A stretch of DNA of 64,000 nucleotides. It comes from Candidatus Aldehydirespirator sp. Its GTDB lineage: Bacteria > Actinomycetota > Acidimicrobiia > Acidimicrobiales > Aldehydirespiratoraceae. Below are positions 44,678 through 55,246 of the stretch, in pieces. The stretch covers positions 1,980,070 through 2,044,069 of the forward strand of contig OZ244822.1 in NCBI GenBank assembly GCA_965220345.1, read 5' to 3'. Numbering within the stretch: position 1 is the first letter of the stretch; each line of letters starts with the position of its first letter. Both the position numbers and the translations under genes were made by a program. Under the pieces are notes generated by a model. The model ran no database searches, had not been told where the DNA came from, and was given only the letters and a program-made list of their open reading frames with translations.

Positions 44678-45637
44678 TCAGGAGTGTCTGTAGCTGCTGG
44701 CGTGAGGATCACAATGCATTGGATCATGAGATGTTGGGTCGTGGTGCCCGTGCTCACCCAGCAAGATGACTTCCTGGTTCTGTTCCTGGTGCTGTTCTTG
44801 GTTCTGTCCCGGGTCATGCCCAGAGTTCACGCCGGTTTTGTTGCTTAGCAGTCGCTGTCCGAAGGCATCACGTAGTCGCTGTGCTGTGAGCACCTCATCT
44901 GGTGTGCCCGCGGCCACCAAGTGGTTCGCTAGAAGCAGCACCGAGTCACAGTTACGGGCCTCGTCAAGATGATGGGTAGTGATGATCACGATGGCACCAC
45001 GGTTTGTGCAGTCCTTGACCATGCCCAAGATCCGCTCCTGGCTGGGAATGTCGAGACCAGTGAGCGGCTCGTCAAGCATGATGATGTCGGGTTCGGTAGC
45101 CAGCGCTTGAGCTATCCTTACGCGCTGTTGCTGCCCGCCGCTGAGTTCGCCGAAGCTACGGTTGCGGAGCCCCAGCACATCAAGCCGCTCGGCTGCTCGA
45201 CGCATGACGGCACGGTCTTGGCTTCGGAAGCGCCCGAATAAGCCCCGCGTGCGGTAGCGACCCATGGCCAGCACTTCGCCTGCGGTTACCGGCATCCAGT
45301 TAGCAGGTCCGTGCTGGCATACGTATCCCAGATTTTCGGGTATGCCGCGGATGCTCCCCGAGGTGGGTTTCTGAAGTCCGGCCATGCACTCCAGCAGCGT
45401 GGTCTTGCCTGATCCGTTGACCCCCATCACCGCAGTCGAAGTGCCCGGCTCGAAGCGGTGAGTGATCCGGTCAAGGGCGATGACCTGATCGAACCGCACG
45501 GTCAGATCGCTGACCTCTACTGCCTGGATCGACTGGTCGGCTGTGTCTGTGCTCTTGACTTTTGTGCTCTTGGCCGTGTCCCTGCTTGTGCCTTTGAGTG
45601 AACTGTCGATTGTTTGGTCTAGCAGGCTGCTGGCCAT
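44678..45637 (-). CDS. Metal-type (ZnuC/MntB-like) ABC transporter ATP-binding protein with His-rich C-terminal tail; no cognate permease or binding protein adjacent
   Basis: Walker A is 'GVNGSGKTT', the signature is 'LSGGQQQRV' and Walker B is 'IIMLDEP'. The tail reads 'EHGHHDPTSHDPMHCDPH'. Confidence 0.75.
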   Translation of the reverse strand: MASSLLDQTIDSSLKGTSRDTAKSTKVKSTDTADQSIQAVEVSDLTVRFDQVIALDRITHRFEPGTSTAVMGVNGSGKTTLLECMAGLQKPTSGSIRGIPENLGYVCQHGPANWMPVTAGEVLAMGRYRTRGLFGRFRSQDRAVMRRAAERLDVLGLRNRSFGELSGGQQQRVRIAQALATEPDIIMLDEPLTGLDIPSQERILGMVKDCTNRGAIVIITTHHLDEARNCDSVLLLANHLVAAGTPDEVLTAQRLRDAFGQRLLSNKTGVNSGHDPGQNQEQHQEQNQEVILLGEHGHHDPTSHDPMHCDPHASSYRHS

Positions 45638-45742
45638 GGGTTTAACCGTATCGGGCTATCTGGCAGAGTGATTAGGCATAGACCTACTGTGTGCGTGGAC
45701 AATGCGTGTATGGGCAATATGTGTATGGCCTAATGTGGCATT

Positions 45743-46483
45743 GTGCCGTTGCCGCCTGCATCCACTTCTGCGTCTGAGTCACCGCACGAGTCACCGTCTG
45801 AGTCCCCTTCTAAGTCGTCGCCGAGGACAGACTGGAACCCGTTGCTGTGCAGCGAGTTCACTAAGCCTTACTGGTTTGAGCTGCAAGACTTCGTGCGCCA
45901 CGAACGAGAGCGCTATCGGGTATTTCCTCCCCAGGACGAGGTGTTTGCGGCGCTTCACCTCACCTCGTATGCGTCGCTGAAAGCAGTGATCCTTGGCCAA
46001 GACCCCTATCACGGACCGCGGCAGGCTCACGGCTTGAGCTTCTCGGTGCGTCCAGGGGTCGCCAAGCCTCCTTCGTTGGTGAACATTCTGCGCGAACTCA
46101 GCCAAGACATTGGCGCTCCGACACCCGATCACGGCTCGCTAGAGCATTGGGCACGCCAAGGAGTGCTTTTGCTCAACGCCACTTTGACGGTCCGTGCAGG
46201 CCAAGCGGCCAGCCATCAAGGGCGTGGTTGGGAAACTTTCACCGACCAAGTGATCCGCACTGTCAACAACAAAACTGAGCATGTGGTTTTCATACTCTGG
46301 GGTGGATCAGCGCGCCGCAAGAAAGCTTTGATTGATGAGGCTCGTCACAGCGTGATCGAGTCTGTGCATCCCTCACCTCTGTCAGCATCAGGCGGGTTCT
46401 TCGGTAGCAGGCCTTTCAGTCGAGCCAACCAGGCCTTGCTAGCCGCTGGGCGAGAGCCGCTGGATTGGGTGATCCCTGCCTAG
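45743..46483 (+). CDS. ung: Uracil-DNA glycosylase, family 1
   Basis: 'GQDPYHGPRQAHGLSFSV', 'LLLNATLTV' and 'HPSPLSA' are present. The Ser/Pro-rich N-terminal extension leaves the start uncertain. Confidence 0.9.
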   Translation: MPLPPASTSASESPHESPSESPSKSSPRTDWNPLLCSEFTKPYWFELQDFVRHERERYRVFPPQDEVFAALHLTSYASLKAVILGQDPYHGPRQAHGLSFSVRPGVAKPPSLVNILRELSQDIGAPTPDHGSLEHWARQGVLLLNATLTVRAGQAASHQGRGWETFTDQVIRTVNNKTEHVVFILWGGSARRKKALIDEARHSVIESVHPSPLSASGGFFGSRPFSRANQALLAAGREPLDWVIPA

Positions 46484-46507
46484 CTACTAGCGCTTGGCGT
46501 TTTGCCT

Positions 46508-47266
46508 CTAAAGAGATCCGCTACAGAGATAGCGAAAGAAAAGCGTGTCATCTTCTTCGAGCAGATGATCAATATGCAGTTTGAGTGGCAGCGACTGCAG
46601 CGAGCCATGCACGATCCTGGTGCTTGGTCCTCCAGCTATCAGAGGCGCTAGCGACAGGCACAATTCGTCGATCAGTCCGGCATCGGCCAGTTGTGCGTTG
46701 AATGAGGGCCCTCCTTCGCTAAGTACCACATTTGCACCTCGGCTCATTAAAACCGCCAAGATCTCAGCTGGCTGAGGCTGTGGTGAAGCTAGTCTCACAA
46801 CTTCAGCCACATCAGCCAAAGCTTGCATAGCTTCGGGTTCAGCGTCTTGACCGGTGAGGATAAGTGGCTTGCGATCATTAGGGCGCTGATCGGCAAAAAG
46901 TGGCAGGTCAAGTGCAAGATTGAGGCTGCTACTCACTACTGCTAGTCCAGGCTGCTCGCAACGACCCGCTGCGAGTCGTGCCCGTTGAGCGGTTTGAGAT
47001 GGACGCGGCAGTTGGTAGCGCTCAATTCTTACGGTGTCGGCAGCGGCCACTATCCAGTCAGCGCAGGCCCGCACCGCCGAGAACACAACCTGATCCGACG
47101 GATTGCCGAGAGGTGCGCTGACTCCGTCGATAGCGCTGGCACCGTCAGCCGATGAGATCATGTTGATCATCAACCAAGGTCGCTTAGCTGGCCGAGGTCG
47201 CTGCAGCGAAGGGTAGAACTCCATTGGCTTTATGTCTGCCAGCGGTTCCGGCAGAAGCATTCGCAC
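46508..47266 (-). CDS. RibD C-terminal / dihydrofolate-reductase-like family protein (pyrimidine reductase-like)
   Basis: 'MISSADGA' begins the fold. 'ADWIVAAADTVR' and 'VLSEGGPSFNAQL..AGLIDELCLSLAPLI.G' are present. Confidence 0.65.
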   Translation of the reverse strand: MRMLLPEPLADIKPMEFYPSLQRPRPAKRPWLMINMISSADGASAIDGVSAPLGNPSDQVVFSAVRACADWIVAAADTVRIERYQLPRPSQTAQRARLAAGRCEQPGLAVVSSSLNLALDLPLFADQRPNDRKPLILTGQDAEPEAMQALADVAEVVRLASPQPQPAEILAVLMSRGANVVLSEGGPSFNAQLADAGLIDELCLSLAPLIAGGPSTRIVHGSLQSLPLKLHIDHLLEEDDTLFFRYLCSGSL

Positions 47267-47326
47267 CGTGAGACGGTAGCGCCGCGGCGTTGCTTACAGG
47301 CTCACCGATTGCAGTGCTGCGACTCG

Positions 47327-48283
47327 CTACCGCTCCTCGCGGCGATACGGAATGGTTAACGCGGCAGGTGCCGGACTCGGACGATGCCGCGCACGGAAGC
47401 TGATAGCGATTAGCACGATGACGGTCAGCAGGAACGGCAGAATGCCGAGCAACGCAGGCGAGATGGTATTTACTTCCAGCCCTAAAATTTTCAGATCAAA
47501 GGTCTGGACTCTGGGTTGCAAGGCGAGCGTGAAGCCGAAAAGCAGCGAACCGATAGCCAGACGCCCGGCTCGCCACGCTCCGAAGATAACCAGTGCCACA
47601 GCGATCCAGCCGCGGCCTGCGATAAGACCTTCGGTCCAGCCAGCGGCCATATAAAGCGACAAGAAGGAACCAGCGGCACCCGCGAAAGCACCGCCGACCA
47701 GCACGGCTCCAGAGCGCAGGAGTGTCACCGAGTGGCCGACAGAGTCCGCTGTCGAAGCTGACTCTCCGACCGCTCGCAAGGCGAGGCCCAGCCGGGTTAG
47801 ATTTAAGACGAACCATACGCTGACACCCAGAAATACAGCTAGATAAAAGATCGGAGGCTGGTCAAACAGGATCGGTCCGATCCAAGCAATGTCGGATAAA
47901 GGCGAGATGCTCATATCTGTGAACACAGAGTCGGCGCGTTCGCGCACAGCATCCTGACCGATAAAGGCCGCGAGTCCGAGACCTCCGATCGTTATCGCCA
48001 GTCCAGACACGATCTGCCCAGCGCCCATCACCACGCTCACTACTGCATGCACGCCTGCGACTGCCATGCCCACGAGAGCCGCGAAAGCGAATCCGATCCA
48101 CGGGCTTCCAGTGGCCAGTGCCATCATGAAACCCGAGACGGCACCCATCGCCATCATCCCCTCCACACCGAGGTTCAGTACGCCAGAGCGTTCAACGATG
48201 AGTTCTCCCAGCGCAGCCAGGTAGATCAGCGTGGCGAACTGCACGGTAGCCACGAGCAGGCCAATGATCGCCGATTCAGTCAT
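47327..48283 (-). CDS. ABC transporter permease (BMP/nucleoside-type uptake system A)
   Basis: The ORF encodes a 318-aa polytopic membrane protein. It is the last gene of a four-gene operon and overlaps the upstream gene. Confidence 0.8.
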   Translation of the reverse strand: MTESAIIGLLVATVQFATLIYLAALGELIVERSGVLNLGVEGMMAMGAVSGFMMALATGSPWIGFAFAALVGMAVAGVHAVVSVVMGAGQIVSGLAITIGGLGLAAFIGQDAVRERADSVFTDMSISPLSDIAWIGPILFDQPPIFYLAVFLGVSVWFVLNLTRLGLALRAVGESASTADSVGHSVTLLRSGAVLVGGAFAGAAGSFLSLYMAAGWTEGLIAGRGWIAVALVIFGAWRAGRLAIGSLLFGFTLALQPRVQTFDLKILGLEVNTISPALLGILPFLLTVIVLIAISFRARHRPSPAPAALTIPYRREER

Positions 48284-49529
48284 TTGAGTCCTCAGGGTTC
48301 ACTGAGCCAACTGAGCCAACTGAGCCGACTGAGCCGCTGGATGCCATAGCGCCAGAAGCAGAGTTCGTCTTCGTGTCGTTAGTGACAGGTTTAACCCAAC
48401 GGATGCGGTAGTTGAGCAGCACGGACGCAACCAGCGCACCGATGAGGATCATGGCTTGCAGAATCGTGGCGATCGAACTTGTCACTCCGAGCGTCTGAAT
48501 GGATTGTCCTCCCACCTGCACTGCACCAAACACGAAAGCCACCACCGCCACGCCAGAGGGACGCATCAGCGCAAGCGCAGCCACGATGATTCCAGCAAAG
48601 CCGTATCCGTTGGACAGGCCGGGATCAAGCCTGGTGGCCGTTCCTGTCAGTTCAACAGCTCCAGCCAATCCCGCCACTGCGCCCGACAGCACGAGCGCCA
48701 TCAGCACTTTGCGTTGCAGCGATATGCCTGCGTAGCGCGCTGTTGCGGGGGAGGAGCCTGCCAGTCTCAGTTCGTAGCCCCATGCTGTTCTTGACAGAGT
48801 GCCCCAAAACGCCGCCAGCAGAGCGACCGCGATGATGGCTCCGATATGCGCGCGTCCGAACAGTCCAGGCAGTGTGGCCTGTTCGGGCAGCGGCTCAATC
48901 AGTGCAAAACCTTGCGAATCAGGATCTTTCCACGGCCCCGTCTCAAGCCATTCCACTACACGTATCGCAACCTCTACGAGCATCAGTGTTGTGATGATCT
49001 CGCTGACACCTAAATAAGCGCGAGCTAGTGCTGGGATCGCCATAATCACCACGCCGCCCGCTGCGCCAGCGACGATCATCAACACGATTAGCAACGGGCC
49101 TGGCAGATCCGCCGCTGTCATCGCCAAACCTGCCGCGATCGTGGCACCGGCCATCATCTGACCTTCGGCACCGATGTTCCAGAGTCCCATTGAGCCAGCT
49201 ACGGCTACAGCCAGTCCAGCCAGAGCGAGAGGTGTCGCTCGCAGCAGCGTTCGCGAGATCGAATCAACTCCGCCCATAGACGATTCGATCATGCGGCCGT
49301 AAACCTCGGCCGGGTCGTGTCCAGCTGCCAGCAGCAAGATCGCTCCGGCCACGAGGGCTACGGCTATGCCGATGATGAACGCGAAGGCTTGAGCCGCCAC
49401 CACCACGTCTGAGCGTCGTTGCAGCACAGGCCGGGCTAGCCCCTGAAGCCGACGAGATCGTTCGCGGTTCAGGCCGGGCGGTATCGCAGAGGCAGGTAAA
49501 GATTCGGAGGCATTCGTCGGAACATTCAT
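48276..49529 (-). CDS. ABC transporter permease (system A)
   Basis: The ORF encodes a 417-aa polytopic membrane protein. It overlaps both neighbouring genes. Confidence 0.8.
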   Translation of the reverse strand: MNVPTNASESLPASAIPPGLNRERSRRLQGLARPVLQRRSDVVVAAQAFAFIIGIAVALVAGAILLLAAGHDPAEVYGRMIESSMGGVDSISRTLLRATPLALAGLAVAVAGSMGLWNIGAEGQMMAGATIAAGLAMTAADLPGPLLIVLMIVAGAAGGVVIMAIPALARAYLGVSEIITTLMLVEVAIRVVEWLETGPWKDPDSQGFALIEPLPEQATLPGLFGRAHIGAIIAVALLAAFWGTLSRTAWGYELRLAGSSPATARYAGISLQRKVLMALVLSGAVAGLAGAVELTGTATRLDPGLSNGYGFAGIIVAALALMRPSGVAVVAFVFGAVQVGGQSIQTLGVTSSIATILQAMILIGALVASVLLNYRIRWVKPVTNDTKTNSASGAMASSGSVGSVGSVGSVNPEDSND

Positions 49530-51028
49530 GCGTTGACTTTCCCGCTTCCGGCCATCGTTGCGCCGACTTGAGTTCTTGTGGTGGTCTTCGGGTCAAATCG
49601 GGCTGCGATTTGTCCTTCATACATCACAACTAGTTGATCTGACAGCGCCATCAGTTCGTCAAGATCCTCAGATATGAGCAGCACGCCTACACCAGCGCTG
49701 CGTTGCGCCACGATCTGTTCTTGGATAGCGGCGATGCCAGCCACGTCGAGGCCTCGTGTGGGCTGTGCCGCTACGAGCACCTTCGGATCGCCGGTGAGTT
49801 CGCGACCCATCAGCAGTCGCTGAAGATTGCCGCCGGACAGCGCTCTGGCATCGCTATGCAGGCGACCCACTCGGATTCCGAATCGGTTGACGAGTCTCCG
49901 ACAGAAATCTTCACAGCGTTTCAGGTCCAGCATGATGCCACGGCGCATGGCCGGGTAGGAGCGCATGATGGAATTATCGATGATGGACATGTTCGGGGCG
50001 AGTCCCATGCCGAGACGATCTTCGGGCACGTAACCCAACCCGCGACGCGAGCGTGTCTTCGGCGACGAGCCAGCAACATCACTACCAAGCAGGTGGACTG
50101 TTCCCGAGGTCACCGGGCGCAGCCCCGCAATGGTTTCTGCAAGCTCCTTTTGGCCGTTGCCAGAAACACCGGCGACACCTACGATCTCCCCGGCGCGCAC
50201 TTCGAGATTCACCGAGTTCAGAGCGGGTAGACCACGGTCGCTCAGTGCCGAGACGGATTCCAAAGCCAGAACCACCTCTCCGTGAGGCTGCTGTGGCGGA
50301 CGCGGTGTCTCGGCTGTGGCTTCTCCAACCATCATCTGAGCCAAGTCTGATCGTTCAATTCCGTCGAGATTGCGCGACCGCGCGACACTGACACCGCTAC
50401 GGAGCACGGTGGCCTCGTCGCATACGGCCAAGACCTCGTCAAGTTTGTGGCTGATGTAGATCACCGAACGTCCGCGGTCGGCCATAGTGCGCAGCGCCCG
50501 ACCTAAGTCGTCAGCTTCAGCTGGGGTTAGCACTGCTGTCGGCTCGTCAAGTACCAACACGTTGGCATCTCGCCACAATGCTTTAAGTATTTCTATTCGC
50601 TGGCGTTCTCCTACCGAGAGTTGCCACACCTCCCGGGTGGGATCAGTGTCAAGTGAGTAGGTTGCCGCTAGTTGTGAAACCTGCTCATTGATCCGGTTCA
50701 TGTTCAGGTAACGCGACGAGGAGCCCAGCACGACATTCTCGGCCACGGTAAGAGTGGGAACCAGACGAAACTCTTGATGGACCATGCCGATGCCTGCGGC
50801 GATTGCGTCAGCAGGCGAGTGGAATTGCCGCCGAAGACCGTGAACCCAGATCTCACCAGCGTCTGGTAGGTAGACCCCGCTGAGCACGTTCACGAGCGAG
50901 GTTTTGCCTGCCCCGTTTTCTCCGAGCAGCGCGTGAATTGTTCCTGCCCGCACCGACAGACTGGCATCCTCGCACGCCACGACCTCAGGGAACTCTTTGC
51001 GGATTCCCCGGAGGTCGACGGCGAGCAA
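49526..51028 (-). CDS. ABC transporter ATP-binding protein with duplicated ATPase domains (system A)
   Basis: 'GENGAGKTS' and 'LSVGERQRIEI' mark the first ATPase domain. 'LSGGNLQR' marks the second. Confidence 0.9.
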   Translation of the reverse strand: MLAVDLRGIRKEFPEVVACEDASLSVRAGTIHALLGENGAGKTSLVNVLSGVYLPDAGEIWVHGLRRQFHSPADAIAAGIGMVHQEFRLVPTLTVAENVVLGSSSRYLNMNRINEQVSQLAATYSLDTDPTREVWQLSVGERQRIEILKALWRDANVLVLDEPTAVLTPAEADDLGRALRTMADRGRSVIYISHKLDEVLAVCDEATVLRSGVSVARSRNLDGIERSDLAQMMVGEATAETPRPPQQPHGEVVLALESVSALSDRGLPALNSVNLEVRAGEIVGVAGVSGNGQKELAETIAGLRPVTSGTVHLLGSDVAGSSPKTRSRRGLGYVPEDRLGMGLAPNMSIIDNSIMRSYPAMRRGIMLDLKRCEDFCRRLVNRFGIRVGRLHSDARALSGGNLQRLLMGRELTGDPKVLVAAQPTRGLDVAGIAAIQEQIVAQRSAGVGVLLISEDLDELMALSDQLVVMYEGQIAARFDPKTTTRTQVGATMAGSGKVNA

Positions 51029-51076
51029 AGTCTTCAGGCCAGCTGTCGGATCAGTGAATTAGTGAATTAGCGGCGA

Positions 51077-52171
51077 TCAAGAACCGGTGTCGCCTACGAC
51101 ACCTTCAACGAACCAGTCCATGCCCAGCATGTCGCCATCGCTCATGGTTTGTCCCGCGGCGACTTGAACGGTTCCGTTCTGGTCGCGTATCTCGCCGGTG
51201 AACACATCCCATTCGCCGTTGCGGATCTGCTCAGACACCTCGTTGATACGGTTCACGATTTCATCAGGCACATCATCGGACAGCGGGGCCAAGTCGACGA
51301 TTCCGTCGGCCATGCCACCCCAATACGAACCTGGTTCGTAGCTGTCATCTGCAACCGCCTCAATCGTTGCAGCGTAACGTGGTCCCCAGTTCCATACTGG
51401 GGCGGTCACGAAAGCATCAGGAGCGAATTCGCGCATGTCGGAGTTGTAAGCGATCCAGCGTGCGCCTGCATTCTGTGCTTCAACGCCCGCAGCGGTTGAG
51501 TCTTGATGCATAGCGATCACGTCGGCACCAGATTCGAGCAGAGCTTTGGCCGAGTCGCCTTCAACCGCCGGATCGAACCAGGTCGAAGTCCACACTACAT
51601 GCACTTCGGCTGCCGGATTGACTTCTCGCACGCCGAGCGTGAAGGCATTGATCCCGCGGATCACTTCTGGGATCGGGAAGGCAGCCACGTATCCGAGGTG
51701 ATCACTTTCGGTCATTGCGCCAGCAGCCATACCCGACAAGTAACGCGGCTGATACATGCGTCCGAAGTAGTTGCCGAAGTTGGAGTCGTTCATCTTGTAA
51801 CCGGAGGCGTGCTCGAACACGACATCGGGGTATTCCTCGGCGAGTTCAAGCATCGGATCCATGTATCCAAACGAAGTGCCGAAGATGACATCAGCATCTT
51901 CGTTCTCGATGTAGTCAATGGCCACTGTCTTGAAGTCTTCAGGATTCTCGGGGACGTTCTCAACAAACAACGTCGTTGCTCCGGTCTCTTCGCTGGCGTA
52001 CTGGCGGCCTTGGTCATGTGCCCAGTTCCAGCCAGCGTCGCCGACGGGTCCCACTAAAACAAACGCGGCCGTGACATCGCCGGGATCATCTTCGTCGTCA
52101 CCGCATGCTGCACTGAGCAGTGCTACTACGGCTACGGCCGCTGAAAGCCTTATCAGGGTTTTGAAACGCAT
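51077..52171 (-). CDS. BMP-family (PnrA/Med-like) substrate-binding lipoprotein (system A)
   Basis: ATG 52171 gives 'MRFKTLIRLSAAVAVVALLSAACGDD', a signal peptide with lipobox. The fold pattern is BMP-like. The track start at 52309 is an upstream extension. Confidence 0.8.
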   Translation of the reverse strand: MRFKTLIRLSAAVAVVALLSAACGDDEDDPGDVTAAFVLVGPVGDAGWNWAHDQGRQYASEETGATTLFVENVPENPEDFKTVAIDYIENEDADVIFGTSFGYMDPMLELAEEYPDVVFEHASGYKMNDSNFGNYFGRMYQPRYLSGMAAGAMTESDHLGYVAAFPIPEVIRGINAFTLGVREVNPAAEVHVVWTSTWFDPAVEGDSAKALLESGADVIAMHQDSTAAGVEAQNAGARWIAYNSDMREFAPDAFVTAPVWNWGPRYAATIEAVADDSYEPGSYWGGMADGIVDLAPLSDDVPDEIVNRINEVSEQIRNGEWDVFTGEIRDQNGTVQVAAGQTMSDGDMLGMDWFVEGVVGDTGS

Positions 52172-52393
52172 GAGTACCTCTCTTTTGGTCTGACTTGAAG
52201 CAAGTTCGGAATTTTCAATCAAACCTAACTTTAGTCGGCCTGCAAAGTAGCTGTATAAATGTTGCCTTAGCAAGTCGCTAGCGTTCAGTGGCTGCACTGC
52301 TGCTATCACTAGAAGACTTCAGCATTAGCAGAGCCTTGGCTGGGTTGTGTTTAAGGTGCGGCGTTTCTTGCTGAGGCGTAGTATCGGCTGAGC

Positions 52394-53365
52394 ATGGCGC
52401 GCCTTTCGCTGCAATCAATGATCACGTTCGGGCGTGGGGCGCTGCGGCTGATAAGCGAACTGCGCGAAGGTTGGTCACGAGCACGGATCGGCGGCCTGTC
52501 AGCAGAGATCGCCTTCTTTGGGCTTCTGGGACTGTTTCCTGCGGTGATCGTATTCGCGGCGGCTCTCGGCTCACTTGACGTTTTGATCGGCGCGGGCGCA
52601 GCCGCCGACACCGAGCAATGGCTGCTGGAACGAGTGGCCGACACTTTCGGTAGCGACAACACGCTGCAAGCCACAGTAGAAGACCTTTTCGAGCGTTCTA
52701 ACGCTGGTCTCATCACCGTTGGTATCGCTGTAGCCGCTTACGCGTCATCACGAGGTTTCACAGCGGTAGTGGGTGCCTTAGACGTGACCTACGGCCACGA
52801 AACCCGCAGAAACTGGCTATCAGCCCGGATCATGGGCATCCTTTTGACCTTGTTCAGCGTGGTGGTGGCTGCTGTAGTTGCTTTGATGGTAGTTGTAGGC
52901 CCACTGCTCGGAGTCGGAGAAGAACTGGCCGACCGTTTCGGCGCTGAAGCGGCTTTAACCACGGCATGGGACTGGTTCCGTTGGCCGGTCGTGTTCTTGG
53001 TGGTGGTGTCATGGGCTACCTGCATCTACCACCTAGCACCTCGCCGTCACACCCCTTGGCGTGCCGACTTGCTCGGAGCCGTGATCGCAACTGCGTGGTG
53101 GTTAGCCGTTTCGCTGGGTTTCCGTGGATATCTTGATGCCGCTGCTAGCGGCATGAATGCCGTATTTGGACTGCTCGGAGGTGCGCTGACCTTGCTGGTA
53201 TGGCTTTATCTGCTGGCGATGGGACTACTTGTTGGTGCCGAGATCAACAGAGTAATAAGCGATCGTCGCGAGCCCGTTATGCAGGCCGAACCAGCCGACC
53301 CAGAAAATTCCACAGAATCCGACGATCTCACAAAACCGCGAACTCAAGAGTATTCTCACACCTGA
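52394..53365 (+). CDS. YihY/BrkB family membrane protein
   Basis: 'SAEIAFFGLLGLFPAVIVF' is present with multiple TM segments. The stop overlaps the next start as TGATG. Confidence 0.75.
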   Translation: MARLSLQSMITFGRGALRLISELREGWSRARIGGLSAEIAFFGLLGLFPAVIVFAAALGSLDVLIGAGAAADTEQWLLERVADTFGSDNTLQATVEDLFERSNAGLITVGIAVAAYASSRGFTAVVGALDVTYGHETRRNWLSARIMGILLTLFSVVVAAVVALMVVVGPLLGVGEELADRFGAEAALTTAWDWFRWPVVFLVVVSWATCIYHLAPRRHTPWRADLLGAVIATAWWLAVSLGFRGYLDAAASGMNAVFGLLGGALTLLVWLYLLAMGLLVGAEINRVISDRREPVMQAEPADPENSTESDDLTKPRTQEYSHT

Positions 53366-55137
53366 TGAGTGATTACAAGGTTGATCTCACCGAGATCATG
53401 TTCAATTTGCGCCATGTTGCCGACCTAGACGGACTGTCCAAGTTAGATGAGTTCGATCATGTTGACCCCGAGGTAGTAGATCAACTGCTAAACGAAGCAG
53501 CCCGCTTCGCGCAAGAGGTGATCGCCCCGCTGAATCGTGTTGGTGACAGCGAAGGCGCGCGTCGTCTTGACGACGGTTCGGTTGCCACGCCGACAGGCTT
53601 CCGCGCCGCATATGACGCTTACGTGCAAGCAGGTTGGGGGGCACTGTCGATTGATCCCGAATACGGCGGCGGCGGTTTCCCGCATCTGCTTGGCACAGCC
53701 GTAGAGGAGATGCTTACCGCAGCATGCATGGCCTGGTCGCTGTGCCCGCTGCTTACCCAGGGCGCTATCAACATGTTGCACGCACATGGCAGCGCCGAAC
53801 AGAACGTCCGCTATCTGCCGATGATGGCGACAGGTGCCTGGACTGGCACCATGAACCTCACCGAACCCCAAGCAGGCTCAGATCTTGGGGCGGTAGCCAC
53901 CCGAGCGGTTCCACAACCCGATGGTTCCTACCGGCTGTTCGGCACCAAAATCTTCATCACCTACGGCGAGCATGACCTTGCCGACAACATTGTGCATCTG
54001 GTGCTGGCTCGTACTCCGCAGGCACCCCCAGGCACCCGTGGTATCAGCTGTTTTTTGGTTCCGAAATATCTTGTCGGTGACGATGGCTCGCTAGGTGCTC
54101 GCAACGATGTGAACTGCGTTTCTATTGAACACAAGCTCGGGATTCACGCCAGTCCGACCTGTGTCATGTCTTACGGCGACAACGAGGGCGCGGTCGGTTT
54201 TTTGGTGGGTGAAGAAAACGGCGGAATGCGAGCCATGTTCACCATGATGAACCATGCCCGCTTAAGTGTCGGCCTGCAAGGACTGGCGATCACGGAGCGC
54301 TCCTATCAACAGGCTCTCGCCTATGCCGTTGAACGCCGTCAGGGTCGAGCCCCTGACACACCCGCCGGGCAAAACGCGCCGATCATTGATCACCCTGACG
54401 TGCGCAGAATGCTGCTGGACATGCGTTCGAGTATCAGCGCTATGCGAGGTTTGGCTTACCGCAACGCCGAAGCGATTGATCGTGCCCACAATGGTGCCGA
54501 CCCGGCATTGCGTGAAACCGCCGCGGAGCAGGCCGCATTGTTGACACCGTTGACCAAAGCCTGGTCCACTGATCTGGGCTGCGAACTAGCAAGCAGCGGA
54601 TTGCAGATACACGGCGGCATGGGTTTCGTGGAAGAAACCGGCTCTGCGCAGCATTATCGCGATGCACGAATAGCACCCATTTATGAGGGGACTAACGGCA
54701 TTCAAGGCGCTGACCTAGTGGGACGCAAGCTGATAATGCGTGACGGGGGAGTGGTTCGTGATCATCTATCAGCAATAGCAACCACCGTTGAAGCCCTTAG
54801 CGGTTTGGCAGAACTAGCACCGGTGAGACTTCATCTTGAGGCGGCGCAGCAAACAGCCTCCGAAGCCAGCGAATGGCTTCTGACAGCTGACCACTCCCAA
54901 CGTCTGGTTGCTGCGGATGCCTACCTGAAGATTCTGGCAGTAACCACAGGTGGTGCTGCTCTCGCTGACGGCGCTTTGGCTGCTAGGAGATTGGGTGATC
55001 CTGACACAGCTGAAGATCGAGCTGTTCTGGCCAGATTCTTTGCATCTAACCGGCTGGCTGTAGTACCCGGTCTGTTGGCCGCTGTGAAAGAACCCGCCGA
55101 TGATCTTGTTGCCGCTGCTCAGCGCATACTGGTGTAA
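53365..55137 (+). CDS. Long-form acyl-CoA dehydrogenase (FadE5-like, with C-terminal extension domain)
   Basis: The protein starts 'MSDYKVDLTEIMFNL'. 'TMNLTEPQAGSDLG' and 'IYEGTNGIQ' are present. ATG 53365 gives 590 aa, and the track start at 53200 lies inside the previous gene. Confidence 0.85.
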   Translation: MSDYKVDLTEIMFNLRHVADLDGLSKLDEFDHVDPEVVDQLLNEAARFAQEVIAPLNRVGDSEGARRLDDGSVATPTGFRAAYDAYVQAGWGALSIDPEYGGGGFPHLLGTAVEEMLTAACMAWSLCPLLTQGAINMLHAHGSAEQNVRYLPMMATGAWTGTMNLTEPQAGSDLGAVATRAVPQPDGSYRLFGTKIFITYGEHDLADNIVHLVLARTPQAPPGTRGISCFLVPKYLVGDDGSLGARNDVNCVSIEHKLGIHASPTCVMSYGDNEGAVGFLVGEENGGMRAMFTMMNHARLSVGLQGLAITERSYQQALAYAVERRQGRAPDTPAGQNAPIIDHPDVRRMLLDMRSSISAMRGLAYRNAEAIDRAHNGADPALRETAAEQAALLTPLTKAWSTDLGCELASSGLQIHGGMGFVEETGSAQHYRDARIAPIYEGTNGIQGADLVGRKLIMRDGGVVRDHLSAIATTVEALSGLAELAPVRLHLEAAQQTASEASEWLLTADHSQRLVAADAYLKILAVTTGGAALADGALAARRLGDPDTAEDRAVLARFFASNRLAVVPGLLAAVKEPADDLVAAAQRILV

Positions 55138-55246
55138 CGGCTGAGATTCGCGTGCTTGGCACAACTGTTTTTCGTAAACCTGATTTGAGCTGGGCAGCTG
55201 CTCCACTCAGAGGGCTTAAAAGCAGCGAAGGCGTTAAGCGGCAGCC

